Shown: in pieces, positions 1 to 8,950 of the stretch
How the letters are laid out: each line of letters begins with the position of its first letter
Position numbering within the stretch: position 1 is the stretch's first letter
DNA from: Candidatus Micrarchaeota archaeon
GTDB lineage: Archaea > Micrarchaeota > Micrarchaeia > Anstonellales > Bilamarchaeaceae
Direction: 5' to 3'
Assembly: GCA_018812625.1 (NCBI GenBank)
Contig: JAHJDH010000033.1
Location: 3,622 to 67,621, forward strand
Length of the DNA stretch: 64,000 nucleotides
Program-made: the position numbers and the translations under genes
Notes under the pieces: model-generated
The model's database searches: none
Told to the model about the DNA's origin: nothing
The model's input: the letters and a program-made list of their open reading frames with translations, nothing else

Positions 1-30
1 CCAGAAATTGCAAAGAGGTTTGAAGCATGA
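1..30 (+). CDS. 3' end of upstream gene, probably 50S ribosomal protein L4 (partial)
   Basis: Frame 1 reads PEIAKRFEA* and its stop overlaps the rpl23 start (ATGA); identity inferred only from conserved L4-L23 order. Confidence 0.4.
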   Translation, partial: PEIAKRFEA

Positions 31-278
31 TATTAATCGCACCAATTAAAACAGAAAAAGCAATTGGAAAGATTGAATACGAGAATGCCTTAACTTTCCA
101 TGTAAATCTTAGATCATCCAAAAAAGAGATCCAGGATGAAGTGGAAAAATTATTTAGTGTTAAGGTATACTCAGTCAATACTTTTGTTACTGCAAAAGGT
201 CACAAACACGCTCTAGTTCGACTCAATAAAGAGTTTAAGGCAGATGATGTTGCAATCAAACTCAAAATGATCGCATGA
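27..278 (+). CDS. rpl23: 50S ribosomal protein L23
   Basis: PIKTEKA...ENALTFHV...KKEIQDEVEKLFSVKVYSVNT; precedes L2. Confidence 0.95.
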   Translation: MILIAPIKTEKAIGKIEYENALTFHVNLRSSKKEIQDEVEKLFSVKVYSVNTFVTAKGHKHALVRLNKEFKADDVAIKLKMIA

Positions 279-288
279 GGTAATATTT

Positions 289-1044
289 ATGGGTAATCGA
301 TTAAAACAACAAAAAAGAGGCGCTGGAAGGCCAAGGTATCTTTCTCCAGGTCATAGATTCAAAACTAATCTTCAATATCGACGCTATGATGATATTGAAA
401 AAACAGGAGTTTTGACTGGGACTGTAATGAGCTTTATTGATGATCCTGGGCGAACATCATTATTGATGAAAGTCAAGTATGATAATAACGAAACAGGAAT
501 TCTACTTGCTCCTGAAGGAATTTCTATTGGAGATCCAGTTGACGTTGGTGTCCAGGGAAGATTAATCCTTGGAAGCGTTCTTCCATTATATAGAATTCCA
601 GATGGTGCATACATTTTCAACATTGAAAGAAACCCTGGAGATGGCGGTTCACTAGTAAAAGCATCTGGTAATTCTGCAAACATTGTTGCAAAAGAAGGAG
701 GTATTGTTTATATCAAGCTTCCAAGCAAGACAACAATTGTTTTGTCGAGCGAATGCCGGGCGCAGCTTGGTGTCATTGCAGGAGGCGGCAGACTTGAAAA
801 ACCAATGCTCAAAGCAGGTAATAATCATTATAAGAAAAAGGCTCAGAACAGACTTTGGCCAGTAGTTCGAGGTGTTCATCAGTCAGCCTACAGCCACCCC
901 CACGGTGGTAAGCAGCACCACGTTGGTAAGCCAACAACAGTTGCAAGATCATCTCCACCTGGTTCTAAGGTTGGACATATTGCAGCAAGACAAACCGGAC
1001 GCCGTAAAGGTAAGAGAACAGTGAGTCCAACTAAGAAGAAATAG
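289..1044 (+). CDS. rpl2: 50S ribosomal protein L2
   Basis: DPGRT, WPVVRGV..SAYSHPHGG, PGSKVGHIAARQTG motifs of archaeal L2. Confidence 0.98.
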   Translation: MGNRLKQQKRGAGRPRYLSPGHRFKTNLQYRRYDDIEKTGVLTGTVMSFIDDPGRTSLLMKVKYDNNETGILLAPEGISIGDPVDVGVQGRLILGSVLPLYRIPDGAYIFNIERNPGDGGSLVKASGNSANIVAKEGGIVYIKLPSKTTIVLSSECRAQLGVIAGGGRLEKPMLKAGNNHYKKKAQNRLWPVVRGVHQSAYSHPHGGKQHHVGKPTTVARSSPPGSKVGHIAARQTGRRKGKRTVSPTKKK

Positions 1045-1052
1045 GTGAAATT

Positions 1053-1457
1053 ATGGTTAAGAAAGACGTATGGAAAGGTGTTGATGAAGATCATATAGAG
1101 AAACTATCTTTTGATGATTTTCTCAAGAAAGCAACATCCAGAGAAAGAAGGACACTCCAAAGAGCTTTGAAAAACAAAAACAAAAGACTCAAGGAATTTA
1201 TGGAAGAAGTTCGCACTATCAAAGCTGAAAATCCAAAAAAGCTAATCCGAACTCATGTAAGAGAGGCAGTAATTTTGCCTGAATGGGTTGGATTGACATT
1301 TGGAATTCATAATGGAAAAGAGTTCAAGAAGGTTGAGATAACTGTTGGCAAAGTAGGCAAACGCCTTGGAGATTTCTCTCATACAACTGGAAGAGTTGCA
1401 CACTCTGGTCCTGGTGTCGGAGCAACTAGAGGTTCCAAGTTCGTACCACTGAAGTGA
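1053..1457 (+). CDS. rps19: 30S ribosomal protein S19
   Basis: RTHVREAVILPEWVG..GIHNGKEF; C-terminal GVGATRGSKFVPLK. Confidence 0.97.
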   Translation: MVKKDVWKGVDEDHIEKLSFDDFLKKATSRERRTLQRALKNKNKRLKEFMEEVRTIKAENPKKLIRTHVREAVILPEWVGLTFGIHNGKEFKKVEITVGKVGKRLGDFSHTTGRVAHSGPGVGATRGSKFVPLK

Positions 1458-1461
1458 TCTT

Positions 1462-2196
1462 ATGAAAGGTTATTCATCAAACATTCCAGAAAATTGTACG
1501 ACTGCGCGAGTTGAGGGAGTAAATGCTTCCTACAAAGACCTTTCACAGGTTTGCAGATCCATCAGATCAAAGAAATCTGATTGGGCAGTTTCTTTCCTTG
1601 AAAAGGCCGCAGAAGGCGAAGTAGCCGTACGCTACAAGACAAACAACAAAAGACTTGGGCACAGAAGAGAACTTGGCGGAAAGAAAGGAAGATATCCAAA
1701 AAAGGCTGCTAAGATTGTTCTCAAAGCACTTTTGAGTGCAATTGCCAATGGCAAAATCAAAGGTCTTGGTGATGTTTATACTGTTTTGATTGCAACTGCA
1801 AATAAGAAAAACAGGTATCCAAGAATTGCATCAAAGGGTAGATGGGCAAGGTCTTTCCTTGAAACATCCAGAGTAGAACTCGTTCTTCAAGGTCCAGAGG
1901 TTCCAAAAGGTGTTGAAGTAACTCCTCCAAAGAAAGCTGATAAACCAGTAGCAAAGAAAGAGGAAAAAGTAGACTCCAAGAAAATAACGCCCGAGCCTAA
2001 TAAAAAGGCAGAGTCTGCAAAAGAAACTACCGAGCCTAAAAAGAAAGCAGAGGATAAAAAGGAAGCTCCAAAACAACCTCTAAAACAAGAAGGTGCTACT
2101 TACAGCAAACACAATGATGTGGAGGAACCTCCACTTGATACTGAAAAGAGGAGAAAAGAAAAACCTCATCAACATGGAGAAAATAGTAAAAGGTGA
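1462..2196 (+). CDS. rpl22: 50S ribosomal protein L22 with long K/E/P-rich C-terminal extension
   Basis: GRYPKKAAKIVLKALLSA motif, operon position; ~100 extra low-complexity residues. Confidence 0.93.
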   Translation: MKGYSSNIPENCTTARVEGVNASYKDLSQVCRSIRSKKSDWAVSFLEKAAEGEVAVRYKTNNKRLGHRRELGGKKGRYPKKAAKIVLKALLSAIANGKIKGLGDVYTVLIATANKKNRYPRIASKGRWARSFLETSRVELVLQGPEVPKGVEVTPPKKADKPVAKKEEKVDSKKITPEPNKKAESAKETTEPKKKAEDKKEAPKQPLKQEGATYSKHNDVEEPPLDTEKRRKEKPHQHGENSKR

Positions 2197-2202
2197 TTCA
2201 TA

Positions 2203-3036
2203 ATGCTTTATCAAGAAAAACTAATCGAAGAACCATTTGCCAAATATCAGGTTATGAAGTATTTGGAGAAAAGACTTGACCGCGCTGGTCTTGCCAGTGT
2301 GGATATTCAGAGAACTCCGCTTGTAACTAGGATTACTCTTGAAGTTGCAAATCCTGCCCGAATTATCGGTAAAAAAGGAAGACTCATCAATGAACTTACA
2401 GCTGATATCAAAAATGAATTTAATATCGAGAATCCACAGATCAGTGTTATTGAAGTTCGCAACCAGTTCCTAGAGCCAAGGATGGTTGGAAAAAGAGCTA
2501 CCAAATACATTGAAATGGGTAAAAAAGTCCGTGCTGTTTTGCACTATATGCTTCGTGAAATTATCCGTGCTGGTGCTCTTGGTGCTGAAATTGTAGCATC
2601 TGGAAAAATCGGAGCAAAAGGAGCTCGTGCAAAAAGCCTTCGTGTAAGTGCTGGTTATATTCCAAAAGCAGGAGAGCCATGCAGACAGATCAAAGTTGCA
2701 CATATTAACGCAAATACAAGATCTGGTGTTATTGGAATTCTTGTTAGAATTGTTCCTCCAGGAACCGTGTTCCCTGATAAAAAATCGACTCAGGCAGTTG
2801 TACTTCCAAAAGTGATTGCAGCTGCAACTGGAGTTGGAACTCGTGCTGGAGCAGATGGCGATCAAGGATCTGGTGGAAAACCTAGAAGTACTGGGCCTAA
2901 AAGAAACAGTTATGGCAACCGAGGCGGTGGAAACCGTGGTGGACCACGTGGCGGAAGCAGCGGCGGATATGGCGGTGGAAACCGTGGTGGACCACGTGGC
3001 GGAAGCAGCGGCGGAAACAGAGGTGGAAGGAGATGA
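2203..3036 (+). CDS. rps3: 30S ribosomal protein S3 with RGG/Gly-rich tail
   Basis: KH domain IIGKKG, GALGAEIVASGKIG..ARA, GVIGILVRI. Confidence 0.95.
   Translation: MLYQEKLIEEPFAKYQVMKYLEKRLDRAGLASVDIQRTPLVTRITLEVANPARIIGKKGRLINELTADIKNEFNIENPQISVIEVRNQFLEPRMVGKRATKYIEMGKKVRAVLHYMLREIIRAGALGAEIVASGKIGAKGARAKSLRVSAGYIPKAGEPCRQIKVAHINANTRSGVIGILVRIVPPGTVFPDKKSTQAVVLPKVIAAATGVGTRAGADGDQGSGGKPRSTGPKRNSYGNRGGGNRGGPRGGSSGGYGGGNRGGPRGGSSGGNRGGRR
2923..3015 (+). repeat. Exact 45-nt tandem duplication (48-nt period) in rps3 tail
   Basis: GGCGGTGGAAACCGTGGTGGACCACGTGGCGGAAGCAGCGGCGGA at 2923-2967 and 2971-3015. Confidence 0.95.
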
Positions 3037-3200
3037 AGAAATACGAAATCCAAAAACTCACTCCAAAAGAATGTGGAGCCAAAATTGCCGAGATTGAAAA
3101 GGCAATTCTTGAACTTCGTGGAGAAGGCAGAACTGAAAAAATCAAACCTTTGAAGAAAACCATTGCAAAACTAAAAATGCAAAAAATGCAAAAAGCTTAA
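3033..3200 (+). CDS. rpl29: 50S ribosomal protein L29 (not in ORF track)
   Basis: Manual translation MKKYEIQKLTPKECGAKIAEIEKAILELRGEGRTEKIKPLKKTIAKLKMQKMQKA*; ATGA overlap with rps3; canonical position. Confidence 0.88.
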   Translation: MKKYEIQKLTPKECGAKIAEIEKAILELRGEGRTEKIKPLKKTIAKLKMQKMQKA

Positions 3201-3237
3201 AAATTAACGAAGGAGAAGAATAATTGTGAATGCATTA

Positions 3238-3540
3238 ATGGACAGAGATCCCATAACTGGGCTACCCAAGGAACTCGGGATTACCGAGGCCCTTGACAAA
3301 CAAGGAGCAACGAAGATCAAGGTATATACCACCAAGAAAAAATTCCGAAAACTAGTCACTATAATTGAAGGCGTTGATAAGTCTCAGCTAAACAAAACAA
3401 CAAAAGAGCTGAAGACTAAATTCGCCTGCGGTGGAACCTCAAAAGACGGAATTATAATTCTCCAAGGAAACCATAAAACAAGAGTAAAAGATGCTCTTAA
3501 ATCACTTGGTTATCCTGAAGACAATATCGAAGTGTCTTAG
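3238..3540 (+). CDS. sui1: Translation initiation factor SUI1/aIF1
   Basis: DPITGLPKEL, KLVTIIEG, ELKTKFACGGTSKDG.IILQGNH; ATG 3238 preferred to GTG 3226. Confidence 0.95.
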   Translation: MDRDPITGLPKELGITEALDKQGATKIKVYTTKKKFRKLVTIIEGVDKSQLNKTTKELKTKFACGGTSKDGIIILQGNHKTRVKDALKSLGYPEDNIEVS

Positions 3541-4591
3541 CAACTTCTTCAATTTCTTTTTTTGTTATTCCAGGAAATATTGGCAGCGATAGCGTTGAAT
3601 CTGCAAACTTCTCTGCAACTGGATATTTTTCATTTCTGTCTTTGTATGGCGGCTGATGATGTATTGGAATTGGATAATGTGCATCACAATCAATCCCGCT
3701 ACCAAAAAGCTGTTCTTTTACTATATCCCTGTTCTTCAGTTTTATCGCATACTTGTTGAATACTGGTTTTATATCTGCAGTTTCAGCTGGTGGCAATAGA
3801 ATTTCATCAAACTCCTTGAGAATCTTATTGTAATGCCTTGCAGCCTCTCTTCGCTGTTCATTCCAGGATTCAATATGCTGAAGCTGCACTCTCCCAATTG
3901 CAGCATTTACGCTATTTATTCGCGAACTATAGCCTATGATCTTGTGCTCATGGGTGTAGATGCTCTCTCTTCCAGAATCAGCAATCATACGAACTTTTTT
4001 TGCCAGAGCCTCATCATTAGTAACTACCATCCCGCCGCTGCCGCCTACTGTCATATTCTTGAATGGATTAAACGAAAAACATCCGAGTTTTCCGATTGTC
4101 CCTACTCTGTTTTCATAGTAAAGCGCGCCATGCGCTTGAGCAGCATCCTCAATAACTGGAATATCTCCGGCAGCTTCCATGATTTCATCCATTTTTGCCG
4201 GATACCCGTGCAAATGAACTGGAATTATTGCCTTGATTTTTTTGTCGCGCTTTAGTGTTTTTTTGATTTGCTCTGGGTCAATGTTATTATCCTCTCCAAT
4301 ATCGCAGAATACTGGTTTTCCACGAGCAAGATAGGCAACATTTGCAGTTGCAACGTAGGAAATTGGAGTGGTAAGAACATGCTGATCTTTTACTCCTATT
4401 GCCAGAAGTGAAAAAAGAAGGGCATCAGTTCCAGAAGCTACTGAAATTGCATGGTCCGCGCCGCAGTATGCTGCAAACTCCTCTTCAAACAGCTTCACAC
4501 TTTCTCCAAAGAGCAGATCCTCATTTGCAAGAGCATCTGCTGCAGCATCAATCATTTGCTGAGTAATAATAATTTTCTCAAGAGGAATCAT
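3497..4591 (-). CDS. DegT/DnrJ/EryC1/StrS family PLP-dependent sugar aminotransferase
   Basis: FEEEFAAYCG, SGTDAL, IIPVHLHG, IEDAAQAHGA, FSFNPFKNMTVGGSGGMV (PLP Lys), HYPIPIHHQPPY. Confidence 0.93.
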   Translation of the reverse strand: MIPLEKIIITQQMIDAAADALANEDLLFGESVKLFEEEFAAYCGADHAISVASGTDALLFSLLAIGVKDQHVLTTPISYVATANVAYLARGKPVFCDIGEDNNIDPEQIKKTLKRDKKIKAIIPVHLHGYPAKMDEIMEAAGDIPVIEDAAQAHGALYYENRVGTIGKLGCFSFNPFKNMTVGGSGGMVVTNDEALAKKVRMIADSGRESIYTHEHKIIGYSSRINSVNAAIGRVQLQHIESWNEQRREAARHYNKILKEFDEILLPPAETADIKPVFNKYAIKLKNRDIVKEQLFGSGIDCDAHYPIPIHHQPPYKDRNEKYPVAEKFADSTLSLPIFPGITKKEIEEVAKTLRYCLQDNQVI

Positions 4592-4625
4592 GGTTTTAAT
4601 TCAGTCTGTTTATATTAAAACCCTG

Positions 4626-4895
4626 ATGATCACAAAAAAAAATCTTGTCTATTCAAGTTTCATTGGCCTTATGGTCGAGATAGTTAATAGCAGTCAGAGG
4701 GAACTTATTGGAGTTTGCGGAAAAATCGTTGATGAAACCAAAAATCTTATTGTGATTGAAAAAAAATCTGGAGATGAAGTTCGGATTCCCAAAGTTTCGT
4801 CTGTCTTCAGGTTTAATCTTGATAATGATGAATTTGTGGATATTGATGGAAGGATGATTGCATTTAGGCCTCATGAGAGGCCCAAGAAAGTATAG
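4626..4895 (+). CDS. rnp1: RNase P protein component 1 (Rpp29/Pop4)
   Basis: FIGLMVEIV..GVCGKIVDETKN..IPK..FRF..IDG...RPHER; usual position before rps17. Confidence 0.92.
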   Translation: MITKKNLVYSSFIGLMVEIVNSSQRELIGVCGKIVDETKNLIVIEKKSGDEVRIPKVSSVFRFNLDNDEFVDIDGRMIAFRPHERPKKV

Positions 4896-4904
4896 TCCGT
4901 CGTA

Positions 4905-5046
4905 TGGTTTATAAAGTCTTGTATCTGTAATATTGTAATCCGTATTGGATAAAGCTGATAAACACCTTTTCCTCATTAGAAAAGATTTATTTAGCATTAT
5001 ATAATTTCCTGCTCTAGCACTCGAATTTCCCGAGCAGGAATGATGA
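4905..5046 (+). promoter_or_regulatory. Putative internal promoter (TTTATAAA ~4908) and leader hairpin upstream of rps17
   Basis: TATA-like box; perfect 9-bp inverted repeat TTCCTGCTC (5006-5014)/GAGCAGGAA (5032-5040). Confidence 0.4.
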
Positions 5047-5067
5047 ATTTAATAGCGGTGAAGCTAG

Positions 5068-5367
5068 ATGGCAGAACAAGATGTAAAATTCCAAAAAATT
5101 GATGGCATTGCTACGCGTGGTGGTATCCTTACTGGCATAGTCGTTAGCGATAAAATGAAAAAGACAGTCGTAATCGAGAGAGATGTTACTAAATACTTTT
5201 CAAAATACAAAAAGTATGCAAAAACAAATTCTCGAATTGTTGCTCATAATCCAGATTCTATTGGTGCAAAGGTAGGCGATCTTGTCACAATTGCAGAGAC
5301 AAGAAAACTTAGCAAAACCAAGGCTTGGATGGTAGTTGAAATTATCAAAAAAGGTGAATCATCATGA
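5068..5367 (+). CDS. rps17: 30S ribosomal protein S17
   Basis: GIVVSDKMKKTVVIER, AHNP, GDLVTIAETRKLSKTK. Confidence 0.96.
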   Translation: MAEQDVKFQKIDGIATRGGILTGIVVSDKMKKTVVIERDVTKYFSKYKKYAKTNSRIVAHNPDSIGAKVGDLVTIAETRKLSKTKAWMVVEIIKKGESS

Positions 5368-5762
5368 AGGGCGTAACAAGTAAGATTACAAAGACATTGA
5401 CTCTTGGAGCACTTATTCCATGTACTGACAACAGCGGCGCTAAAATCGTCAAGCTTGTTGGTGCTCTTAAATATAAGGGTACACGAAGAAGGAATCCAAC
5501 TGGCGGAGTTGGAGACGTTATTATTGCTTCAGTTCGAAAAGGAAAGCCCGATCTTGTGAAAAAGGTTATAAAAGCACTTATCGTAAGGCAGAAAAAAGAA
5601 TTCAGAAGACCAAACGGAATGAGAATTATGTTTGAAGACAATGCAGTTGTTCTTGTCAATGATGATTTTCTTCCAGTTGGAACCGAGATTAAAGGTGTAG
5701 TTGCAAGGGAAATTGCAGAGCGTTTCCCAAAAGTAGCAGCAATTTCAGCAGGTGTTGTTTAA
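5364..5762 (+). CDS. rpl14: 50S ribosomal protein L14
   Basis: DNSGAK, GVGDVIIASV, FEDNAVV. Confidence 0.97.
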   Translation: MKGVTSKITKTLTLGALIPCTDNSGAKIVKLVGALKYKGTRRRNPTGGVGDVIIASVRKGKPDLVKKVIKALIVRQKKEFRRPNGMRIMFEDNAVVLVNDDFLPVGTEIKGVVAREIAERFPKVAAISAGVV

Positions 5763-6275
5763 ATGAAACCCGACACAGAAAGAAAAAAATATTATAGTGA
5801 AAAGCTTCACAAGAGAAAAAACAGGCTTCACTGTCATCTTTCAAAGGAACTTCGATCAAAACTCAAGGCAAAAAAGAGATCTCTACTTATTCACAAGGGA
5901 GACTCGATAAAAGTTTTGAGAGGCCCTGGAAAAGGAAAGACTGCAAAAGTGAGCAAAGTCAGTACACTCAATAGGAAAGTATATGTTGAAGGAGTCGTTG
6001 CCAAGACTGCCCGTGGAAAAGAAGTTCAAATGGCACTTGAAGTCTCTAACCTCATGTTGGTCGGACTTGAACCAACCAAAGAGAGGAAAGCAATCTTTTC
6101 TGAAGACATATTCATGAAAAAGGAGAAGCCAAAAAAAGCAGTGGCGCCAAAGCCAGATGCTAAAGCTGATGCGCCAAAAGCCGAGCCTTCAAAGACTGCT
6201 CCGGTTCTAAAGGCCGAAGCACCAAAGAAAGAGCCAAATATGGCAGACCCAAAGAAGAGTCAAAAAATGATGTAG
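5763..6275 (+). CDS. rpl24: 50S ribosomal protein L24 with K/A/P-rich tail
   Basis: HLSKELR, KOW motif GDSIKVLRGPGKGKT, VYVEGV. Confidence 0.95.
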   Translation: MKPDTERKKYYSEKLHKRKNRLHCHLSKELRSKLKAKKRSLLIHKGDSIKVLRGPGKGKTAKVSKVSTLNRKVYVEGVVAKTARGKEVQMALEVSNLMLVGLEPTKERKAIFSEDIFMKKEKPKKAVAPKPDAKADAPKAEPSKTAPVLKAEAPKKEPNMADPKKSQKMM

Positions 6276-6298
6276 AAGATCAATAAGGTGATGTTACT

Positions 6299-7006
6299 AT
6301 GGGAAAAAGAGGAGCACCAAAACACATGAAGAGGATCGCTGTACCAAAATCAGTTCCAATTCATGACAAAAAAAGTAGAGAATGGATGATTAAATCATCT
6401 CCAGGACCACATTCAGGCGATTATTCAATTCCGCTTGGGGTCTTGATCAGGGATGTTCTAAAACTTGTCAGAACTTCAAGAGAAGTTGGAAGAATTCTCT
6501 CTAGCAGACTTGTTCGTGTAGATGGAACAGTTCGTGTTGATGAGAAATTCCCAGTTGGTCTTATGGATGTCGTTTCATTTGAAAAGAATGAAACACACTA
6601 CAGAATCATTCTGGATAAAAAAGGAAGACTTGTTCCAGCAGAGCTCAAGAAGGGCGATATCTCAACCAAGGTTGTTCGTATAGTAAAAAAACACATTCAA
6701 CCAAAAGGAAAGATTACACTTACTTCTAATGATGGAAGAACCATAATTGCAGACAATCATATCATGGTTGGAGACAGTGTTGTTGTTTCAATTCCAAAGG
6801 TCAAAATCAAAACTCATCTAAAGAGAGAATCTGGTGCAACATGCCTCATCATGGATGGAAAGCACGCTGGATTTATTGTTTCTCTAAAAGAAATAATCCA
6901 AAGAAAAGGTGGACAGGCTTCAGAGGCTTTGGTTTCACAGGGCGATAATGAGTTCATTACAGTTGCAAAGTATCTCTTTGTTATTAATGACGAGGTGTAT
7001 GCGTGA
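6299..7006 (+). CDS. rps4e: 30S ribosomal protein S4e
   Basis: KHMKRIAVP, SPGPH, VDGTVRVDEKFPVGLMDV. Confidence 0.97.
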   Translation: MGKRGAPKHMKRIAVPKSVPIHDKKSREWMIKSSPGPHSGDYSIPLGVLIRDVLKLVRTSREVGRILSSRLVRVDGTVRVDEKFPVGLMDVVSFEKNETHYRIILDKKGRLVPAELKKGDISTKVVRIVKKHIQPKGKITLTSNDGRTIIADNHIMVGDSVVVSIPKVKIKTHLKRESGATCLIMDGKHAGFIVSLKEIIQRKGGQASEALVSQGDNEFITVAKYLFVINDEVYA

Positions 7007-7503
7007 GAAATATACTTATTGAAAAAGTTACTGTAAACATTGGTGTTGGAGAACCCGGCCAGACACTTGATCAGGCACGAGACCTTCTAGGCAGACTTGC
7101 TGGTGGAAGAAAAACTCTTGAGACAAGGGCAAAGAGAAGAGAGCCAACATTCAAACTCCGAAAAGACCTTCCAATTGGATGCAAAGTAACTATCAGGGGC
7201 AAGAGCGCTCAGGAATTTTTGGACAAAGCACTTATAGCAAAGAGGAAAGTCATAAAATCCTCTAATTTCGACAAGCAGGGAAACCTCTCATTCGGAATAG
7301 CAGAGTACATAGATTTTCCAGGAATCAAATACGATCCATCTATGCCAATGTTTGGTTTTGATGTTTGTGTTTCATTGACAAGACCAGGAAGGCGTGTACA
7401 GTTGAGAAAACTTGAATCTGCGAAAATCGGGAAATCGCACAAGATCACCAAAGAAGAGGCAATGGAATTTGTCAAGACAACATTTGGTGTAACTCTAGAG
7501 TGA
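7003..7503 (+). CDS. rpl5: 50S ribosomal protein L5
   Basis: IEKVTVNIGVGE, PIGCKVTIRG, GNLSFGIAEYIDFPGIKYDP. Confidence 0.97.
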   Translation: MRNILIEKVTVNIGVGEPGQTLDQARDLLGRLAGGRKTLETRAKRREPTFKLRKDLPIGCKVTIRGKSAQEFLDKALIAKRKVIKSSNFDKQGNLSFGIAEYIDFPGIKYDPSMPMFGFDVCVSLTRPGRRVQLRKLESAKIGKSHKITKEEAMEFVKTTFGVTLE

Positions 7504-7508
7504 TGTTT

Positions 7509-7670
7509 ATGAAGATCTCAAAAGAAGAAAAAATGAAAGGAAGAGGAAAAAGAAAATGCAGAATCTGTGAAACTGCAAGGGGCCTCATTAGGAAATACGA
7601 CCTGATTATCTGCAGAAGATGCTTCAGGGAAGTTGGGGAATATATGGGCTTCAGAAAATACGGAAAGTGA
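7509..7670 (+). CDS. rps14: 30S ribosomal protein S14 (zinc type; not in ORF track)
   Basis: Manual translation MKISKEEKMKGRGKRKCRICETARGLIRKYDLIICRRCFREVGEYMGFRKYGK*. Confidence 0.95.
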   Translation: MKISKEEKMKGRGKRKCRICETARGLIRKYDLIICRRCFREVGEYMGFRKYGK

Positions 7671-7674
7671 TATT

Positions 7675-8058
7675 ATGACCGATCATTTAGCTAACGCTCT
7701 CAATACAATAAAAACCCATGAAATCGTGGGTCAGGATAAGTGTACTGTACAAGCAACCAAGCTTATAGGCCAGGTCCTCGAGGTTCTAAAACAACACAAA
7801 TATCTAAAGGACTACAAAAAAATCAAAGATGGAAGGTATAATCTCTTTGAGGTCGAGCTTCAGGGAACCATTAATGACTGTGGGGTTATAAAGCCAAGAA
7901 TTCCGGTTAGAAGGCATGATTGGAACAAGACTGAGGAAGAGTTTATTCCTGCATATAATGTTGGTCTTTTAATCATCTCAACTCCTGGCGGAATAATGAC
8001 CAATGCAGATGCACGGGAAAACCGTACAGGCGGAAGACTCCTGGCATATGTATTCTAG
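7675..8058 (+). CDS. rps8: 30S ribosomal protein S8
   Basis: DHLANAL, INDCGVIKPR, IISTPGGIMT, GGRLLAYVF; start moved to ATG 7675. Confidence 0.96.
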   Translation: MTDHLANALNTIKTHEIVGQDKCTVQATKLIGQVLEVLKQHKYLKDYKKIKDGRYNLFEVELQGTINDCGVIKPRIPVRRHDWNKTEEEFIPAYNVGLLIISTPGGIMTNADARENRTGGRLLAYVF

Positions 8059-8064
8059 GTGATT

Positions 8065-8553
8065 ATGATGATCGAAATTCCAGACGGAGTAACATTCCAA
8101 GTTGATGGATCAAAAGTGTCTGCAAAAGGACCTCAAGGAGAAGTCGTAAAAGTATTCTCAAAGAACGCAACAGTCAAACTTGAGGGAAACAAACTCAGTG
8201 TTACTGCTGACAAAGCACTCAAAGGAACTATCGAGTCTCTTTTGAACAGCATGGCAATTGGAGTAAACGTTGGTTTTACCAAAAAACTCAAGGTTCTATA
8301 TGCGCACTTTCCAATTTCAATTGAAGTAAAAGGACAGAATATTACAATAAAGAACTTTCTTGGAGAAAGACAACCTAGAAAAACAGTTCTTGTTGGAAGC
8401 ACTAAGCTAGAGATCAAGGGGCAGAATCTAACTGTATCCGGTCCAGATAAGGAAGCTGTTGGTCAAACTGCAGCAAACCTTAGAACCAAAACCAAGATCA
8501 AAGATAAGGATGGAAGGATATTCCAGGATGGCATCTACCTTTCAGGTGAGTAA
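8065..8553 (+). CDS. rpl6: 50S ribosomal protein L6
   Basis: KGPQGE, YAHFPI, NFLGER, DGRIFQDGIY. Confidence 0.96.
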   Translation: MMIEIPDGVTFQVDGSKVSAKGPQGEVVKVFSKNATVKLEGNKLSVTADKALKGTIESLLNSMAIGVNVGFTKKLKVLYAHFPISIEVKGQNITIKNFLGERQPRKTVLVGSTKLEIKGQNLTVSGPDKEAVGQTAANLRTKTKIKDKDGRIFQDGIYLSGE

Positions 8554-8554
8554 T

Positions 8555-8950
8555 ATGGAAAAGAAAAACAAGCCAAAATTTAATGTTCTCAATGATGGTC
8601 ACCGTACGAAGGTAAAATCCAGATGGAGAAAGCCACGCGGTACCCACAACAAAAAACGAATGGGGATGGAATGGGCCGGAGCATCTCCTGCAATTGGATA
8701 TAAGAATCCAGCTGCAATAAGGGGGCTTCATCCAAACGGAACCAGAGAAGTTCTTGTAAATAACGTTTCAGAGCTTGATGGTCTTGATGGAGTTTCAGTA
8801 AGAATTGCTGCTGCAGTTGGTGCAAAGAAAAAGCAAGAAATTGAAACCAAGGCAAAAACAATGAAACTAAAGGTTCTCAATCCAAAGGAGAAAAAGCCAT
8901 TTGTAAAGGCGGCTAAAAAACCCTCAAAAAAGGGAGGTGAAAGTTCATGA
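8555..8950 (+). CDS. rpl32e: 50S ribosomal protein L32e
   Basis: WRKPRGTHNKKR, PAIGY, RGLHPNG; start ATG 8555 after GGTGA. Confidence 0.95.
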   Translation: MEKKNKPKFNVLNDGHRTKVKSRWRKPRGTHNKKRMGMEWAGASPAIGYKNPAAIRGLHPNGTREVLVNNVSELDGLDGVSVRIAAAVGAKKKQEIETKAKTMKLKVLNPKEKKPFVKAAKKPSKKGGESS

